A stretch of DNA of 63,886 nucleotides, the filler included, from Ionaspis alba (lineage: Eukaryota): assembly GCA_964255285.1 (NCBI GenBank). It is 3 parts of 3 records of this genome, joined end to end, with 100 filler letters (N's around TTAATTAATTAA, not from the genome) between each part and the next. Parts side by side here need not be neighbours in the genome. Positions count along the whole stretch, not along the records: positions 42,682 to 63,886 come from CAXUUL010000228.1; 2 more parts are not named here. One strand, given 5' to 3'. Numbering within the stretch: position 1 is the stretch's first letter; every line of letters begins with the position of its first letter. The notes under the pieces were generated by a model. That model saw nothing but the letters and a program-made list of their open reading frames with translations, was not told the origin of the DNA and searched no databases. Below are positions 47,546-59,883 of the stretch, in pieces. Made by a program: the position numbers and the translations under genes.

Positions 47546-50500
47546 TCACTTACCCCCAGCACCAGCCCCTCCCATGCCTCCACACCAACACCTCCCCTCT
47601 CCAGCCCTCTCAACCTGCACCAAGCAATCCACGCCTCTCCCCTGCAAGAACCTCTCCGCCCTCGCTCTCACGTCCTCAACTCCCTCCCCTTGACCTGCAA
47701 GGACATGCATAACACCCCTGACACCCTGATCTCCTTCTCCTCCAATCCAAAACCTCGGGACGTTGACCCCAACAACTCCTCTCAGACTGCCTACACCGGC
47801 TAACACCTCTCGGAGATCGAATTCCGTATCTGCAGGCACGGTCAAGAGGAGACGCTTCGCCGAGGACGAGACGAGAGGAATTGCGGATGCGAAGATGAGA
47901 ATGGCAATCAGGCAGGAAGCGAGCGGGTCAAAGCCTGGCCAATTCGTGTAATGGATTAGGATGGTGGAGATGACGACGGCGACGGAGCCGAGAGTGTCGG
48001 CCAAGACGTGTAGGAAGATGCCGTGCATGTTCTCGTTGGAGTGGTTGTGAGAGTGGGCGTGAGCGTGATTGTGCGGCGCTTTGGGAGCTTTCGGAGGTGT
48101 AATGAAGGGGTTTGGAGTGTTAGGTGGCAGGAGAATATCGGGTGTTACGTAAGGATTGGCATTGTGGGCGTGGTCAGCGTGAGAATGGGAGTGGTTTTCG
48201 TGGGAATGTGATTCGTGAGAGTGATTGTGGCTATGAGCATGTTCATGGATATGTTGATCGTGGCCATGATGGTCATGAAAGTGTTCGTGCTGATCGTGGG
48301 AGTGGTCGTGTCCATCGTGAGAATGCCCATGGCCATGATGGGCGTGGCCGAACGCGAACATTCCGACCAGATTGACAACTAAACCGAGACTACTGACAGT
48401 GAGTAGTTCGCCAATCCGCTGCATCTGGCTGCCTTCCACGAGGCGCTCGATGGCTTCATAGACGATCTCTACACTGATGAGCCTGTAATGTACGTTAGCA
48501 CGTACTGGGTTCGGAGGGCACATTGAATACCCACATCAGGAAGATTCCATTAGCGAATCCTGCAAGTGTGTCCATCTTGCTGAAGCCATATGGAAAGCGG
48601 ATACTTGGTGGCCATTTGCTCATCACTGCTGCACATAGACCAACGACCAAAGCCAAACAGTCGAACAGCATATGAATACTATCACTGAGCAGGCCGAGAG
48701 AGCCTGTGACTAGAGCGTAAAATGTTTGGACAAGCATGAATGCAAAGTTCAGACTAGACAAGATTCAGCGGCTGACATTTCGAAGAAGAAATCTGGCATC
48801 ACATACCACATAAAGTATAAGATACGTCGAGAATCCTTTTCCACCAAGATACTATGTAAAAGAGGCCAACTTGATGTGGCTGCCAATAATGCTCCAGTGA
48901 ATCTCGAATGCGGTCCATGGTTGTGGGAAGAAACAGAATGAAGTTCGTGAAGGACGTTGTCTTTATGATGAGAATGTAAATGCGGAGAATGTAAAGACGC
49001 TGAGTGGGTATCATGATGTATAGCAATCCAAAAACAACCGACGAAAACGCCTTCCAGTGCAAAGACCCATAACGGTCGCAACTCTAAAAGTTCTTGAACG
49101 ACAACGGGGAGAATGAGACCGAATGCCAAACCAATCTTCCTCTTGCCTTGCAGTCGTTCTGGATCTGCAAATAATAAGGAGAGGCTAGCTGCGATAGAGG
49201 CCAGTAGAATCCATGCTAGACTTTCGTAGGATATGTGTGCACGACCCTGAAGAGGTAAAAAAGCCATTATGAAAGGTACACAGGCCGTAAGAATGCCCGC
49301 GCACAAGGTTAGATTGGTATCTTTCGAAGTTGCTATTAATGGAGACTGCTTGTCGACTGGAGTTAAAGGCGTCGAGTGGACTGGAGGAGCCTCCCACGGA
49401 GTTGCCACAGTAGATGTCTTTCGCGCTGAATTCGGCATGGGCTCCGTGATATTTGTGGCTTTAGGTTGACACATCGTATAAGGTGGTGGTATGACTAGAG
49501 CAGAAGTTCCAAGTGCGATATAGCCTAACATGGTGATCCATCTTCCCACATTGATAGTGATGCCAGCAAAATCAGATGTGAACTGGACCGCTAGGACAGT
49601 CAATGTCCAGATTCTCTGCTTGAGTACTCGTTTCCAGCCTTCAACATTCGTCAGATCCAGATTGTGGCCTTGATCAGGCGTGAGATGTCCAATAGCTCCC
49701 AGTAACACTATCGTTGCGACTCGCTCTCCTCCAACGTGTGTTGCTGCATAGAATGGGAGCCCGATAGCAAGCATCCTACCTCCTATCCGTCTAGCATTCT
49801 CAATCGTGAACGTGGCCGAGCTCTTTTGCTTCCTTGCATTTCCCCGCTCTAGTGTAGACATTCCTCTTTTCCTCCTGTCCAAAGGAGTTGTCGTGCCCCG
49901 TAGCTTCCCCATAATCCCTACTCCTAGAAGAGTAACCGATGTAAGCGCACACGTTATGAACATGTTTGATGTTCTCAATGAACCTTGTGCCGTCAATTTG
50001 TGAAGCACTTCGGAATCGGGCTTGATGAGTCTGGCAATGGTCGAATCTAGAGCTGGTTTAGGAGATCGGATGGCGAGAATGAGGCTTGTAAGAACGTAAG
50101 GCAGCGGTATCAAGATTGCAGACATGAGCTCTGTCCCTGCACTACTAGACCTGATGGCCATGTCAGCGGATGACACATGAAATGACACCTGATAGGTATT
50201 GTACCTTGCTTCTCCATCAGGACCAGTCACCAGTGCTCCGTTGCTCTGGAGTTGAGTTTCAGGAAAGCCGTAGCCTCGGGCCTGTGCACGGTTTTGTGAG
50301 TCGGACCTACGGAGCCGCTGACCTTGGCTTGCGAATCCATTGCCAGTGGATTCGTATGTTTCGACTTGGGGAAATTGATTGGCGGTCTGAGTAGGATGGC
50401 CAGATTCTTTCCATGAATTAAGAGGGAGGGAGCGAGAGTACATGTGGGCAGGGCCACCTCGGAGATCGTTCTTTTTCTGAGGACTTTTCACGCTCATTTG

Positions 50501-50644
50501 GTTTGACCCTTCAATCGAGGTTGGTAGGATTGGTATCCGCTCCGGCGCAGGTTTCCTGTGATGGGAGCGTGTATGTGAATGGCCTTGGTGATTGTGTAAG
50601 TGTGTTGCTGAGCCATTGAGAGGTAAGCCACAGGACGACGCCAT
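47546..50644 (-). CDS. MSC2: Cation diffusion facilitator zinc transporter (Msc2/Cis4-like), 4 exons
   Basis: SILVEKDSRRILYFM, GSLGLLSDSIHMLFDC, FPYGFSKMDTLAGFANG, long His-rich loop, NENMHGIFLHVLADTLGS; large N-terminal membrane domain. Confidence 0.9.
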
Positions 50645-51127
50645 GCTGGCAGTTCCTTCCCAGACGGTCGAGAATACCGGTTGGTCTTGGTCATCCAGTT
50701 TGCCAGATGCTAAGCTTCGCGCATTTTTTCAATGTAAGGGTTGCAGCGGCCCTAGCTCAAGGTATCAGCTAGCATGGCCTTCAAGAGAACATCAGGAAAG
50801 AACAGTGGAGTGACGATTCTGATGCCTGTGCTGCTGAGCTGCGTTCCTAAAAGCCAAGCCTAATCAGAGCTCAGGGGAAAGAATTACAACGCTAGGCTCG
50901 TGCTAGCGGTATTGAATATGCCCTCCAGGAGTTCAACGGTCAGGGTATACTTAATGTTATCTCTTGTATTTTTTAAAGGTCTGTTACTACAGTCGAGTTG
51001 ATTATCAGAAGTCGCTACGGACCAGTTGCTTTAGGAGTCTCGGAGCACTTTCTTATACTCAAGATGTCTCGAATGGTTTGATTCTTAGTGCAGTATTTCC
51101 ATCTACTTGCCTCATGACACATGCAGA

Positions 51128-52714
51128 ATGGCCTCTTCTTTGGTTGTTGTTGCGCTAGTGTTTCTTGTAATATCTTCAGTCACTTTTGTATCATTTTTAC
51201 TGCTACTTCCTTCAGATGCAGAAGAGGAAGAAAAGTCAGATTCCCAAAAGTTAAGAGTTCAGGTCCTTGTGCTAGGTGACATTGGCCGGAGCCCTCGCAT
51301 GCAAAATCATGCTCTAAGCATCGCCAAGAATGGAGGAGTTGTCGATCTCATAGGCTACAATGGTAGACATCTTCTCTGCCAGATCTCTCCATGATCATTT
51401 GTTGGGCTAAGACCAATCAGATTCGGAGCTGCACCCAGATATTGTATCGCATCCCTCAATCACAGTCTATCCAATCGCTAGGACTCCGGACTTCATGAAG
51501 ACAAGTAGCCGTACGCTCTTTCTGCTTCTCGGGCCTCTAAAAGTCGTTCACCAGATATTATCTTTGTGGATCGTGCTCAGCCGCCGCACAAAACCGGCAA
51601 AAGTATTGATTGTCCAGGTATGTTCCGAGTCAGCCTTTAAAAGGTTCGCATGGTGGCTCGGAAAGGATTGATTTTCGTTGCTGTGCTTCATGTGTCTCTC
51701 TTTCCACCCTCTCTTCAAATCGAAAACGCTGAGGGTATATGGCTCCCACTAACACTAGAAGCTTCACAGAATCCTCCATCCATACCTACCTTACTTGTCG
51801 CCCAAGTTATCTGCAGACTGCGAGAGACTCGTCTGATCGTGGACTGGCACAATCTGGGATACACAATCCTTGCCTTACGCCTTGGCTCATCTCATCCTCT
51901 TGTTCGCGTTGCTCAATGGTACGAAATGAGATTCTCACGCTCCGCGAATGCACATTTCGCCGTTACGAACGCCATGCGCGAAATCCTCAAGCAGAAATTT
52001 CAGCTCAGAGTCCCTATTCTTACTCTACACGATCGGCCCACTTCCCACTTCAGACCTCTGAATGTGGCGCAACGCCTTGCTTTCCTAAGACAATTACCCG
52101 AAACAGCGACCATGATTGATGAGATTGAGGCCCAGAAACTGAAAGTCGTCGTCAGCTCTACCTCATGGACTCCGGATGAGGACTTCTCGATCCTACTTGA
52201 TGCCCTGATCAGCTATTCGGAGTTGGCCATAACTTCACATCCGTATCTACCAAAGCTCGTTGTCATTATCACTGGCAAAGGTCCGCAAAAGACGCGGTAT
52301 CTCTCGCAGATTGCCACCCTGGAGGCAGAAGGCAAGCTCGAGATGGTACGAATCAAAACCGCCTGGCTAAGCACAGCAGACTACAGCAGTCTACTCGCTT
52401 CGGCCGACATAGGGGTCTCGCTACATACAAGTAGTAGTGGAGTGGACCTGCCAATGAAAGTCGTAGATATGTTTGGAGCTGGTTTGCCAGTCGTAGGTTG
52501 GGGAAAGTTTACCGCGTGGTCAGAATTGGTCCAGGAAGGTGTCAACGGGCGCGCATTCGGAAGTGCCCAGGAGTTGCAGAAGATCCTAGTGAAACTGCTC
52601 GGTGGAGACGGTCAAGAGTTGAAAAGCCTGAGGGCAGGCGCTATTGAGGAGGGCCGCCGCGGATGGGATGAAGAATGGGATGCAACTGCTGGCAGGCTGC
52701 TCGGACTGTGCTGA
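51128..52714 (+). CDS. ALG1: Chitobiosyldiphosphodolichol beta-mannosyltransferase (3 exons)
   Basis: N-terminal [69 protein letters not shown]. Confidence 0.96.
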
Positions 52715-53394
52715 AGACGCTCCAGACAGACTCGACGTTGTGAGCCTACTCGATGTCTAGCTGCAAATCCTTCGTGTCTGAGCAACGAAACAGCCTCTAC
52801 ATACATCGCAGAACCTCGAAATGATTCACGAGGACGACACTGCTGTCATAAAATGTACTCGTCCATATTGTAATCGTGAATGTGCTCTATCGGAACCCAG
52901 GATAGCGGTGCAAGCAGCACATACGTAGCTCGAACCTGGTCTTTCCTAACTGTTTTCCTACTGAAGCCGGATTTGGAGAGATGACATAATTTCTAGAGAT
53001 CCCGGGGGCACTTCGCTAAGTTCTTCTATGTATCCCACCAGCGAATGAAGAGTAAGAAAGAGTATTGCACTCATTGTGCTTTGTATATAGTAAAGCTGTT
53101 AAGCCTGATGCGTCCAGCCAGGGGCCAACCACAAGGTTGCCCGCAATAATGCTGCGGTTACCTAGCAACTTGTGCGAATAGTGCCAGTATCCTGACCTAG
53201 GCACGGACCTGTTTTGGTCTTCGATCAGTTGCAGCGGTCTTAGAGGTAGTGTTTGGGTTTCCTGCCCTACGACATTTGAGGTTACGTTAGTGTGAATCAG
53301 TTCCCTCGGGCGTATTCACACGAGGTGGTGTATTGTGAACAACGTTAGCTTCTCTCCGGAGCCAGTGCACCACTAGAGACACTCCCGACTAGTG

Positions 53395-55098
53395 ATGCTC
53401 CCAAACATTCAACTGTCTTTCTACCCATCAGCAGCCAACTCTCTTGCATGGTCGAGGGACGGAGAGCTGGCGATAGCAGCAGGTGAATACGTTCATATTC
53501 TCGTACTCAATTGGTGCTATTCCCCGTCGGCCTGCATAGCAACTAATGCTTCCACTTCAAGGTCCCGAATCGCCAGAGAAAGCCAACAGTAGCCAAAGGA
53601 ACCATTGTCGATCCCTGGCTTCATGTCCATATTCGCACCAATACGTTCACATACGACGAATGGCCGTTGCAGGAGCCCGCGAGCTTCAATGACCTTTCCC
53701 TGGGGGAAGAGCAATCCACGAGCCATGTGATAGGCCTCGAATGGTCTTCGCCTGGTTTGGCAAGACATCGACGATCCGTTCTCGCCGTACTCACGTCGAA
53801 CCTGTTGCTATCATTATGGGAACCGACCTCGGACCCCGCGGAGGCGGATTGTTGGAAAAGGGTCATTATACTGAATGGTCATATCCATGGCTCGCGCAGG
53901 AACAAACGAGTACGAACAATGTCTTGGACTGGGGAAGACGTTATGAAGCTCACAGATGACCGCGGAGAGACGGTCTACCTAAAGGTCTATAGTCCTCATA
54001 GCGGTACACGAGGTCTGCTGTATGAGTCTAGCCCGTGGCACGCAGTAGTTTTACAGAACTACAGCCCGACGGCAACTGTCCCATGCAAGGTGGCTGTGCT
54101 TTCGCCTGCGCTCCATCTTCGCATTGTGGATTGCCAGAAGAGCTTTTCTGAAGAGCATAAGATCACGTCCCGCACGAAGGAATGGGGATCCACTTCAAGC
54201 TTCAAGAATGGTTATACCGCCGTTTGTATCACTTTACACCCTGCTAACCTCGTGGAGTACACTATTCCATCAGCAGAGAGGGCGATTATCTTGTTCGATC
54301 ATCCCGTAGAGGATACTGATCGAAATGCCTATTCAAAATTCCCATGGGAGAGAAAGCCACTCTGTATACAGCCGGCAACAGCACACTATAACGTCTGGAG
54401 GAAAATCCAAGACATATCATTCCATAAACATACTAGAAGTCTTATGGATAGTCGCCTCGTCTACCTCGCTTTCTGCGCGAGTTTACTTTGGAAGAAGTAC
54501 ATCGGTAGTGAGGACGTGGAGCAGGCCAAGGCTTCACTAAGACTCATCCAAGAAACTGCGTCGTTCGAACAGGAGTTAAACAGTCTTGCTGACTTGTCCG
54601 GGACGGCATTGGACCCTAAAACATCGTTGGAGACTCTCAATACGCTCATCCAGAAGCGAAGCACGATTGAGGTTGATCAGCCTCCAACACAGCGACTTCT
54701 CGAATACTGCCGCATCTCAGGATGTAACGAGCTGCTATTATGGAATGGGCTGTCTAGGGCACGGTGCAAACGTGGTCACACCTGGAGTAAGGCAGACTGT
54801 TCTATAACAACATAATACACAATATCGAATGTTGACTGAAGCAGATCGTTGCTCTTTAACTTTTCTGGCCATACAAGAGCCCGGCATTTCCAAGTACTGC
54901 AATACTTGTGGTCGTGAGTACCTTAACGAGACAACTATGGCTATCGAATCTGAGCAAATGACCATGCAGATTGCTGAGGGTACACTGAATAACGAAGGAC
55001 GCGGAGAACAAAGGACACAAACTGATCAGTTCTTCCTGCAAATGTTGTTCCAGAAATATGACACATGTATTTTCTGTCCAGGCAAATTTATTGGTTGA
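53395..55098 (+). CDS. TFIIIC subunit delta/90 kDa-like protein with C-terminal zinc finger (3 exons)
   Basis: LAWSRDGELAIAAGEYVHIL, SLGEEQS, WSSPGLARHRRSVLAVLTSN; C-terminal CRISGC...ARCKRGHTW-NRCSLTFLAIQEPGISKYCNTC...CIFCPGKF. Introns 53503-53561 and 54787-54844 keep frame. Confidence 0.8.
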
Positions 55099-55455
55099 AC
55101 CGCATTCCACGCTTAGCCCTTGGCATTCAGAAGAATATCAGCGAGATGATACCCCGGTTGCTATTAACTAGCCAATGACCTCAATATTTCTTTGTTAATC
55201 AGATCGTTGTTCTTGAAGTTCAGTGACAGGCCACAGTGATGATCTCAAACTTGGTGGCCATAATGCTAACACCGCATCCGGCGGACCGAATGCGGAAAAC
55301 GACGCAAGAAGAGATCGCGATGTTTGCTCCGACATATAATGCTTTAGCAACAATGAGAGTGATCAGTGTCGCCATTTTCTGCTCTCTTCCTACGATCCCC
55401 CACATATCTTACGTATTGCCACTGCAGTCACCGCGTTGCAAAGGTCTACTTCAGT

Positions 55456-57228
55456 ATGGCCCAGCTCAGCAATCCCATGTCTCCTGTCTCCCCAGAAACA
55501 TCTTCGGACGAAAACAAAAAAGCAAAGAATCGCATATCCCTTTCCACGACCAGATCTGGCTCTCCTATCGTCGTCCCAGCGCCTGGATCTCCAACTCCTT
55601 CCGTCCATTTGATCCTCGAGCCCTTCAGCTCGGAGAAGGAAGTTGTTATGACCTTGCCCCACACACCCGGCACGCCCTCATCGACCCGTGCTATCAAGTC
55701 TCCGAACCCGCAAGACAATGCAAGAGATTTGGCCCAAGCTCGACGAGCCTCAGCCATAATAGCGGCAGGTGGATCATGGTTCGACGGAGCGTCAAGCTCG
55801 AGCGAAAATGAGACAGGAGCTGACGAAGAAAAAACAAACGAATCATCAGACGACAGAGAAGAAGGTGTGATCTTTGCGGCAGCTCGTCAAGCGAAGCGCA
55901 ACCGTCCCCGGATCATCGAGCACAGAAATGGCTCTTCCAGTCAGCTCCATCGGGGCGGAAGTCTGCCGCGCATGGCAGGAGTGAACAGTGACCCCGTCGC
56001 TCCGCACACGAGCAAAAATGGTACTTCCATAGATGTCATCGAGCGGCCCGCCGTCGCTGCAGATACGTTCGCGAGTATCGATGTAAAGAGTGAAATTGCC
56101 GATTCACTCACTGACCTTGGCATGAATCGAGGACGCCAACACAGCCTGTTCGATGCGCTACGGTCTCACCCTGTTGACTCGGCAGCCATCAAGCGCGCTT
56201 CTACGCTCCCGACACGAAGAAAGAAAACAGCTTTTGTCCCTGCGCTGGAGAATGTGGACACGAAGAAAGGGCGCTGGGAAAGACAAAGCGTGGTCAGCAC
56301 GCCTTACCCCGTCGGCTTGAAAGACGCAAAGGAGGGAAGTGATTGGGATCTAAGCAGATTCGATATTGTGAGAGGACTGGGAAGCAAACGCAAAAAGCAG
56401 AGCAAAGATGAGGAGTCCATGGAGATGAAAGAGATCAACATAGGGAGAGGAATAGGGAACGAGATTGCGAATCAGGCTGTTCTGACGATTGTTCTGTATC
56501 CCGTTGGGGCGCTGGTACCGAAAGTGGGGAAGGTGTTCATCCCTAGGGGCAAGAGGGCGGGACAGAGGAAAGCGAGTATAGACTCTAAAGAGACGTTTCC
56601 AATGCGGTCAAAGGCTAAGGCGCTGGAGGACCTTGACGACGAGGGGCTGTCTCGACTGGTCAGGGCGGAGTTCACGATGCTAAGAGGAAGTGTACGAGCG
56701 ATGGTCAGTGCGCGAAGCTTGAAGAGTCTCAGGTTACGTTCGTACAAGCATATGTCGCAGCTTGCGGTTGGTAAGGACCTCGTCACCGATCATTCGCAGC
56801 GGTTTCAGATTCTGGATGAGATGTTTATGAACGCGTCGTTCCTACGGCTTTATCGGTCGCCAGCGAGTGGCAAGGGAAAAAGTCTATGGGTAGAGTGGGT
56901 GATTAGTCTGCCGGAGAATGCCGGGATGTATGCAGATTCGACGGAGAAGGTTGCAGTGGAGTTCGTAGAGGGGTGGGATGGGTGGAGGATCGCTCTGGCT
57001 ATTGGAGCTGTAACTGTCACGAGTGTTGTTGTTATGCTGCTCTGGGTGTTTCTCGGTGCCGGTGGCCGAGAACTCAGCGTGTATAAGGGATCGCTAACAC
57101 AGGAGTATGTTGGGCATGACGGCGCTGGTGGGAGGCTAGAGGCTGGAGCTGCTCTGGGTGTCCTCACACTACTGGTCGGCTGGACTGGTATCGGAGCTTG
57201 GATCTTGTTGAGCTGGTTGGTCTTGTAG
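55456..57228 (+). CDS. Uncharacterised protein, disordered N-terminus and two C-terminal TM helices
   Basis: Long uninterrupted ORF; VEFVEGW followed by two hydrophobic helices ending WILLSWLVL. Start set at the first ATG. Confidence 0.7.
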   Translation: MAQLSNPMSPVSPETSSDENKKAKNRISLSTTRSGSPIVVPAPGSPTPSVHLILEPFSSEKEVVMTLPHTPGTPSSTRAIKSPNPQDNARDLAQARRASAIIAAGGSWFDGASSSSENETGADEEKTNESSDDREEGVIFAAARQAKRNRPRIIEHRNGSSSQLHRGGSLPRMAGVNSDPVAPHTSKNGTSIDVIERPAVAADTFASIDVKSEIADSLTDLGMNRGRQHSLFDALRSHPVDSAAIKRASTLPTRRKKTAFVPALENVDTKKGRWERQSVVSTPYPVGLKDAKEGSDWDLSRFDIVRGLGSKRKKQSKDEESMEMKEINIGRGIGNEIANQAVLTIVLYPVGALVPKVGKVFIPRGKRAGQRKASIDSKETFPMRSKAKALEDLDDEGLSRLVRAEFTMLRGSVRAMVSARSLKSLRLRSYKHMSQLAVGKDLVTDHSQRFQILDEMFMNASFLRLYRSPASGKGKSLWVEWVISLPENAGMYADSTEKVAVEFVEGWDGWRIALAIGAVTVTSVVVMLLWVFLGAGGRELSVYKGSLTQEYVGHDGAGGRLEAGAALGVLTLLVGWTGIGAWILLSWLVL

Positions 57229-57756
57229 TTTTACTGTCTGTTAGTAGCGGCTGTCAAGATAATGTGATCTAGGATCTTTCTATTCCGTGGAAGGTGAGTG
57301 ACAGAAATTGACGCGATACGACCTGCACATAGCGCTACACGATATCGGAATCGGTAGCGAGCTGTTGTTCCTGATATGATATATTCTGTGACTAGAAAAA
57401 TCCCTTCATAGTCAAAGCGAGTTGGGCCGTCAGAGTATTTGAGATCGGTGAAGCGTTCAGAGTACGCTAAGCCAGCCGCTTAGGGTTTTCATATGATGGG
57501 TTACCCGGACTTGTTGCTTCTGGGCCCGGGTCCATGGGGTCGATAATTCATTTTTATGGTGGAAGAACATCTACCTGTGACTCCAGAAGCGGACGCGTAA
57601 AGCTCATTTGCTTTCATGGTATTAAAAGTTTATGACTCGGTCTACCGAACACAGTTCTTACACTTCCTGGTGTCTCTTCCCCGGCAAACGCCAGTACGAT
57701 GCAAGTGAAGTACAGAGAACGCGGATCCATACCATGGATATCACCTCCCTCGATCT

Positions 57757-58966
57757 CTAGAACATCTTGTTCATCGCCTGGTGCGCCAACTCCACTCCCA
57801 AGAACGTCGCAGCGTTGGCCGGCACTGCTCTCGCCATCGCTGGTCCGATTCCTGGAAAAAAGGCTTTCAACCCGTTACTTTTGTAAATACCTCTTATAGT
57901 GCCTCCAATAGTCGGTCGACCCTCTGCACTCTGCAAACGCGATTTGATGGTGTCGATTGGAAATACTGGAATCCACATCGCCACGCCAGCGGCACCACCA
58001 GCTGTCATCACAGCTGTAAGTGACAAATCTCCGCTCGCGTTCCCGTTTGCATCCTTAGGTGTCATGTATCTTTTGATATACTCATACGTCGCAAAATACG
58101 CTGCACTACCCGGTCCATCTCGAGCAAGCGTCATGGCACTCCCGCGGAAGACCGAACGTATACCTCCCTCTTTGTACAACTGCCTGACAACATCCAGGCC
58201 ACCACTATATCGCGGTTTTTCGCCAGGGGCGAGCTGTTTCTGGCCTTGGATCTGTAGAAGCACTTTCACGCGCTCGAACGGCGCAGTGATGAGGGTCATG
58301 GGTATTGCAGAGAAGAAACCGGCTCCAGCAACTTGAGCGACAGTGAATTGTTGGTTTGGGGAAGTGGCGGGAGAGAAGGTACGGACTAGGGATTTGCCCA
58401 TGTCGTAGCCCTGTGGTGGAGAGGGTCAATTGGTACATCGGGAAAGGCAAAGAACGGATCAAAGTACCCAGAAGCTGACGGCAACTAGACCACGGGTCAA
58501 TCGAAGATCAAAATGAACGTTTGGATTGGGCTAAACGTACACATCGGCGTCACACCGACCAACGGCGCAGACACACCGGCATACAGTCCCTATGTGTCCA
58601 AGTTATCAGCTGCTTATATCCATGCGCCCCGACACTCAAAACAGCGCCTCAGGATGCCCTGATTCTGCCTCCCATCCTAACGATTCAACAGTAATAAACC
58701 AGACTTACCCTCGCCAGCCCCTCCCGTGCAATCGTCTTCCTGACCACATCGATTGCCCCAGTATAAACACCCCTCTCCGCGGTCTGCAATCGGACTTTCA
58801 CCAGATCAAACGGATGCCCTACAATTACTGCGCAAACGCCACCAACACCACCTGCAGCGAGAGAGCGCAGGCCGGAGAGGGTGGACTTCGTAGCTGCAAC
58901 GACTTCCGCTTTGACTTCCTCTTTGCTCGGGATTGCAGGCGTAGGGAGCGGGGAGGAGGATGCCAT
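57757..58966 (-). CDS. CRC1: Mitochondrial carnitine/acylcarnitine carrier (4 exons)
   Basis: Three carrier signatures HPFDLVKVRLQ, APFERVKVLLQ, FPIDTIKSRLQ; GLYAGVSAPLVGVTPMFAVSFWGY reconstructed with a 17-nt exon; RDGPGSA, RAVPANAATF. Confidence 0.93.
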
Positions 58967-59239
58967 CGAGGAGAGGAAGAGTGAAAGGAAGGTGGAAGGA
59001 AAACTGCGATAGGAGGAACAGGCTTTCCAGCAACGGTGAAGCTTCGTCTGATATCAATTCCCGTGGAGGTGGGATTACGCGGGCGCAACCTGAAAGTTTG
59101 ACGTGGGACCGGCCGTTGGACCGAGGTCCCTTGGAAATGTTTGTCGGAGAAAGGGAAAGCCGTACCATACAGAATGATGCTATCTTGGCATTACCGGAAC
59201 AATGCAGGTGGAAGTCAAAAATCGGGTTTTCCAACAAAA

Positions 59240-59358
59240 ACATACAACAGCTGGTATTCGCTGGTGGTCACCCACCCAACTACTAATCAGCCGATCTCAA
59301 GCTTATGTATGGCAGAGCGGACGGGATGCCCAGTTTTCTTGAGTCTGTGGTCGTATGT
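59240..59358 (-). rRNA. 5S rRNA gene (dispersed copy)
   Basis: Minus strand ACATACGACCACAGACTCAAGAAAACTGGGCATCCCGTCCGCTCTGCC...TTAGTAGTTGGGTGGGTGACCACCAGCGAATACCAGCTGTTGTATGT, 119 nt, complementary ends, followed by a T-run Pol III terminator. Confidence 0.96.
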
Positions 59359-59381
59359 ACTAGAAAACACTTTGACTGTAG

Positions 59382-59387
59382 TATATA
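59382..59387 (-). promoter_or_regulatory. TATA element upstream of the 5S gene
   Basis: TATATA at about -24 to -29 from the 5S start, the position known for filamentous-ascomycete 5S genes. Confidence 0.65.
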
Positions 59388-59883
59388 AAGATCTGATATG
59401 CGTGATGCTGCCGAAATTCCTGCATAAAAAATTGCGCCCTGCAAGCCGGGGGATAATTTGAGGCTACTAACAAAGCAAAGAGCCCCAATCGAACGTCGGA
59501 GGGTTTGGGGAGCTTAAGAGCCTTCCTCGCTGGAAATCGTCTTTTTTGTATCCGAGTTATTGCGAACCGTGTGATCGCAATAGTATTGAGTTTCAGATCT
59601 ACCCCTTCCGCTGACGAGCTCACAAGATTGGCTATTTATACTTGATGTTCGACTTGCAGGGAAACACTTGGCACAACTTCTTCAATTACGCAGGCAAAAT
59701 GATTTATGCAAGCCACAGCGGCTTGAAACTTGTGCAAGTGAGCTGCGAGAAAGTGCCTCGCGAGGCTCCGTAAAAGTGGACTTCGCGATGTCTGAGCTGG
59801 AGCTTGCTGTTTATATACGTCCAAAGGTTGACTCTTTGGATTATTCTGGTATTGCGCATCACGAGAAGTCATGATCATCTGCT

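Noticed and set aside
48030..48350. His-rich low-complexity tract as a novel repeat protein
   Set aside because: It is the expected His-rich cytosolic loop of a CDF zinc transporter.
53290..53321. GTGTGAAT...ATTCACAC inverted repeat as a tRNA or ncRNA
   Set aside because: A single 8-bp stem with no cloverleaf or A/B boxes.
53395..59358. Functional linkage between the TFIIIC subunit gene and the nearby 5S gene
   Set aside because: 5S copies are dispersed in these fungi and two unrelated genes intervene; proximity is probably chance.
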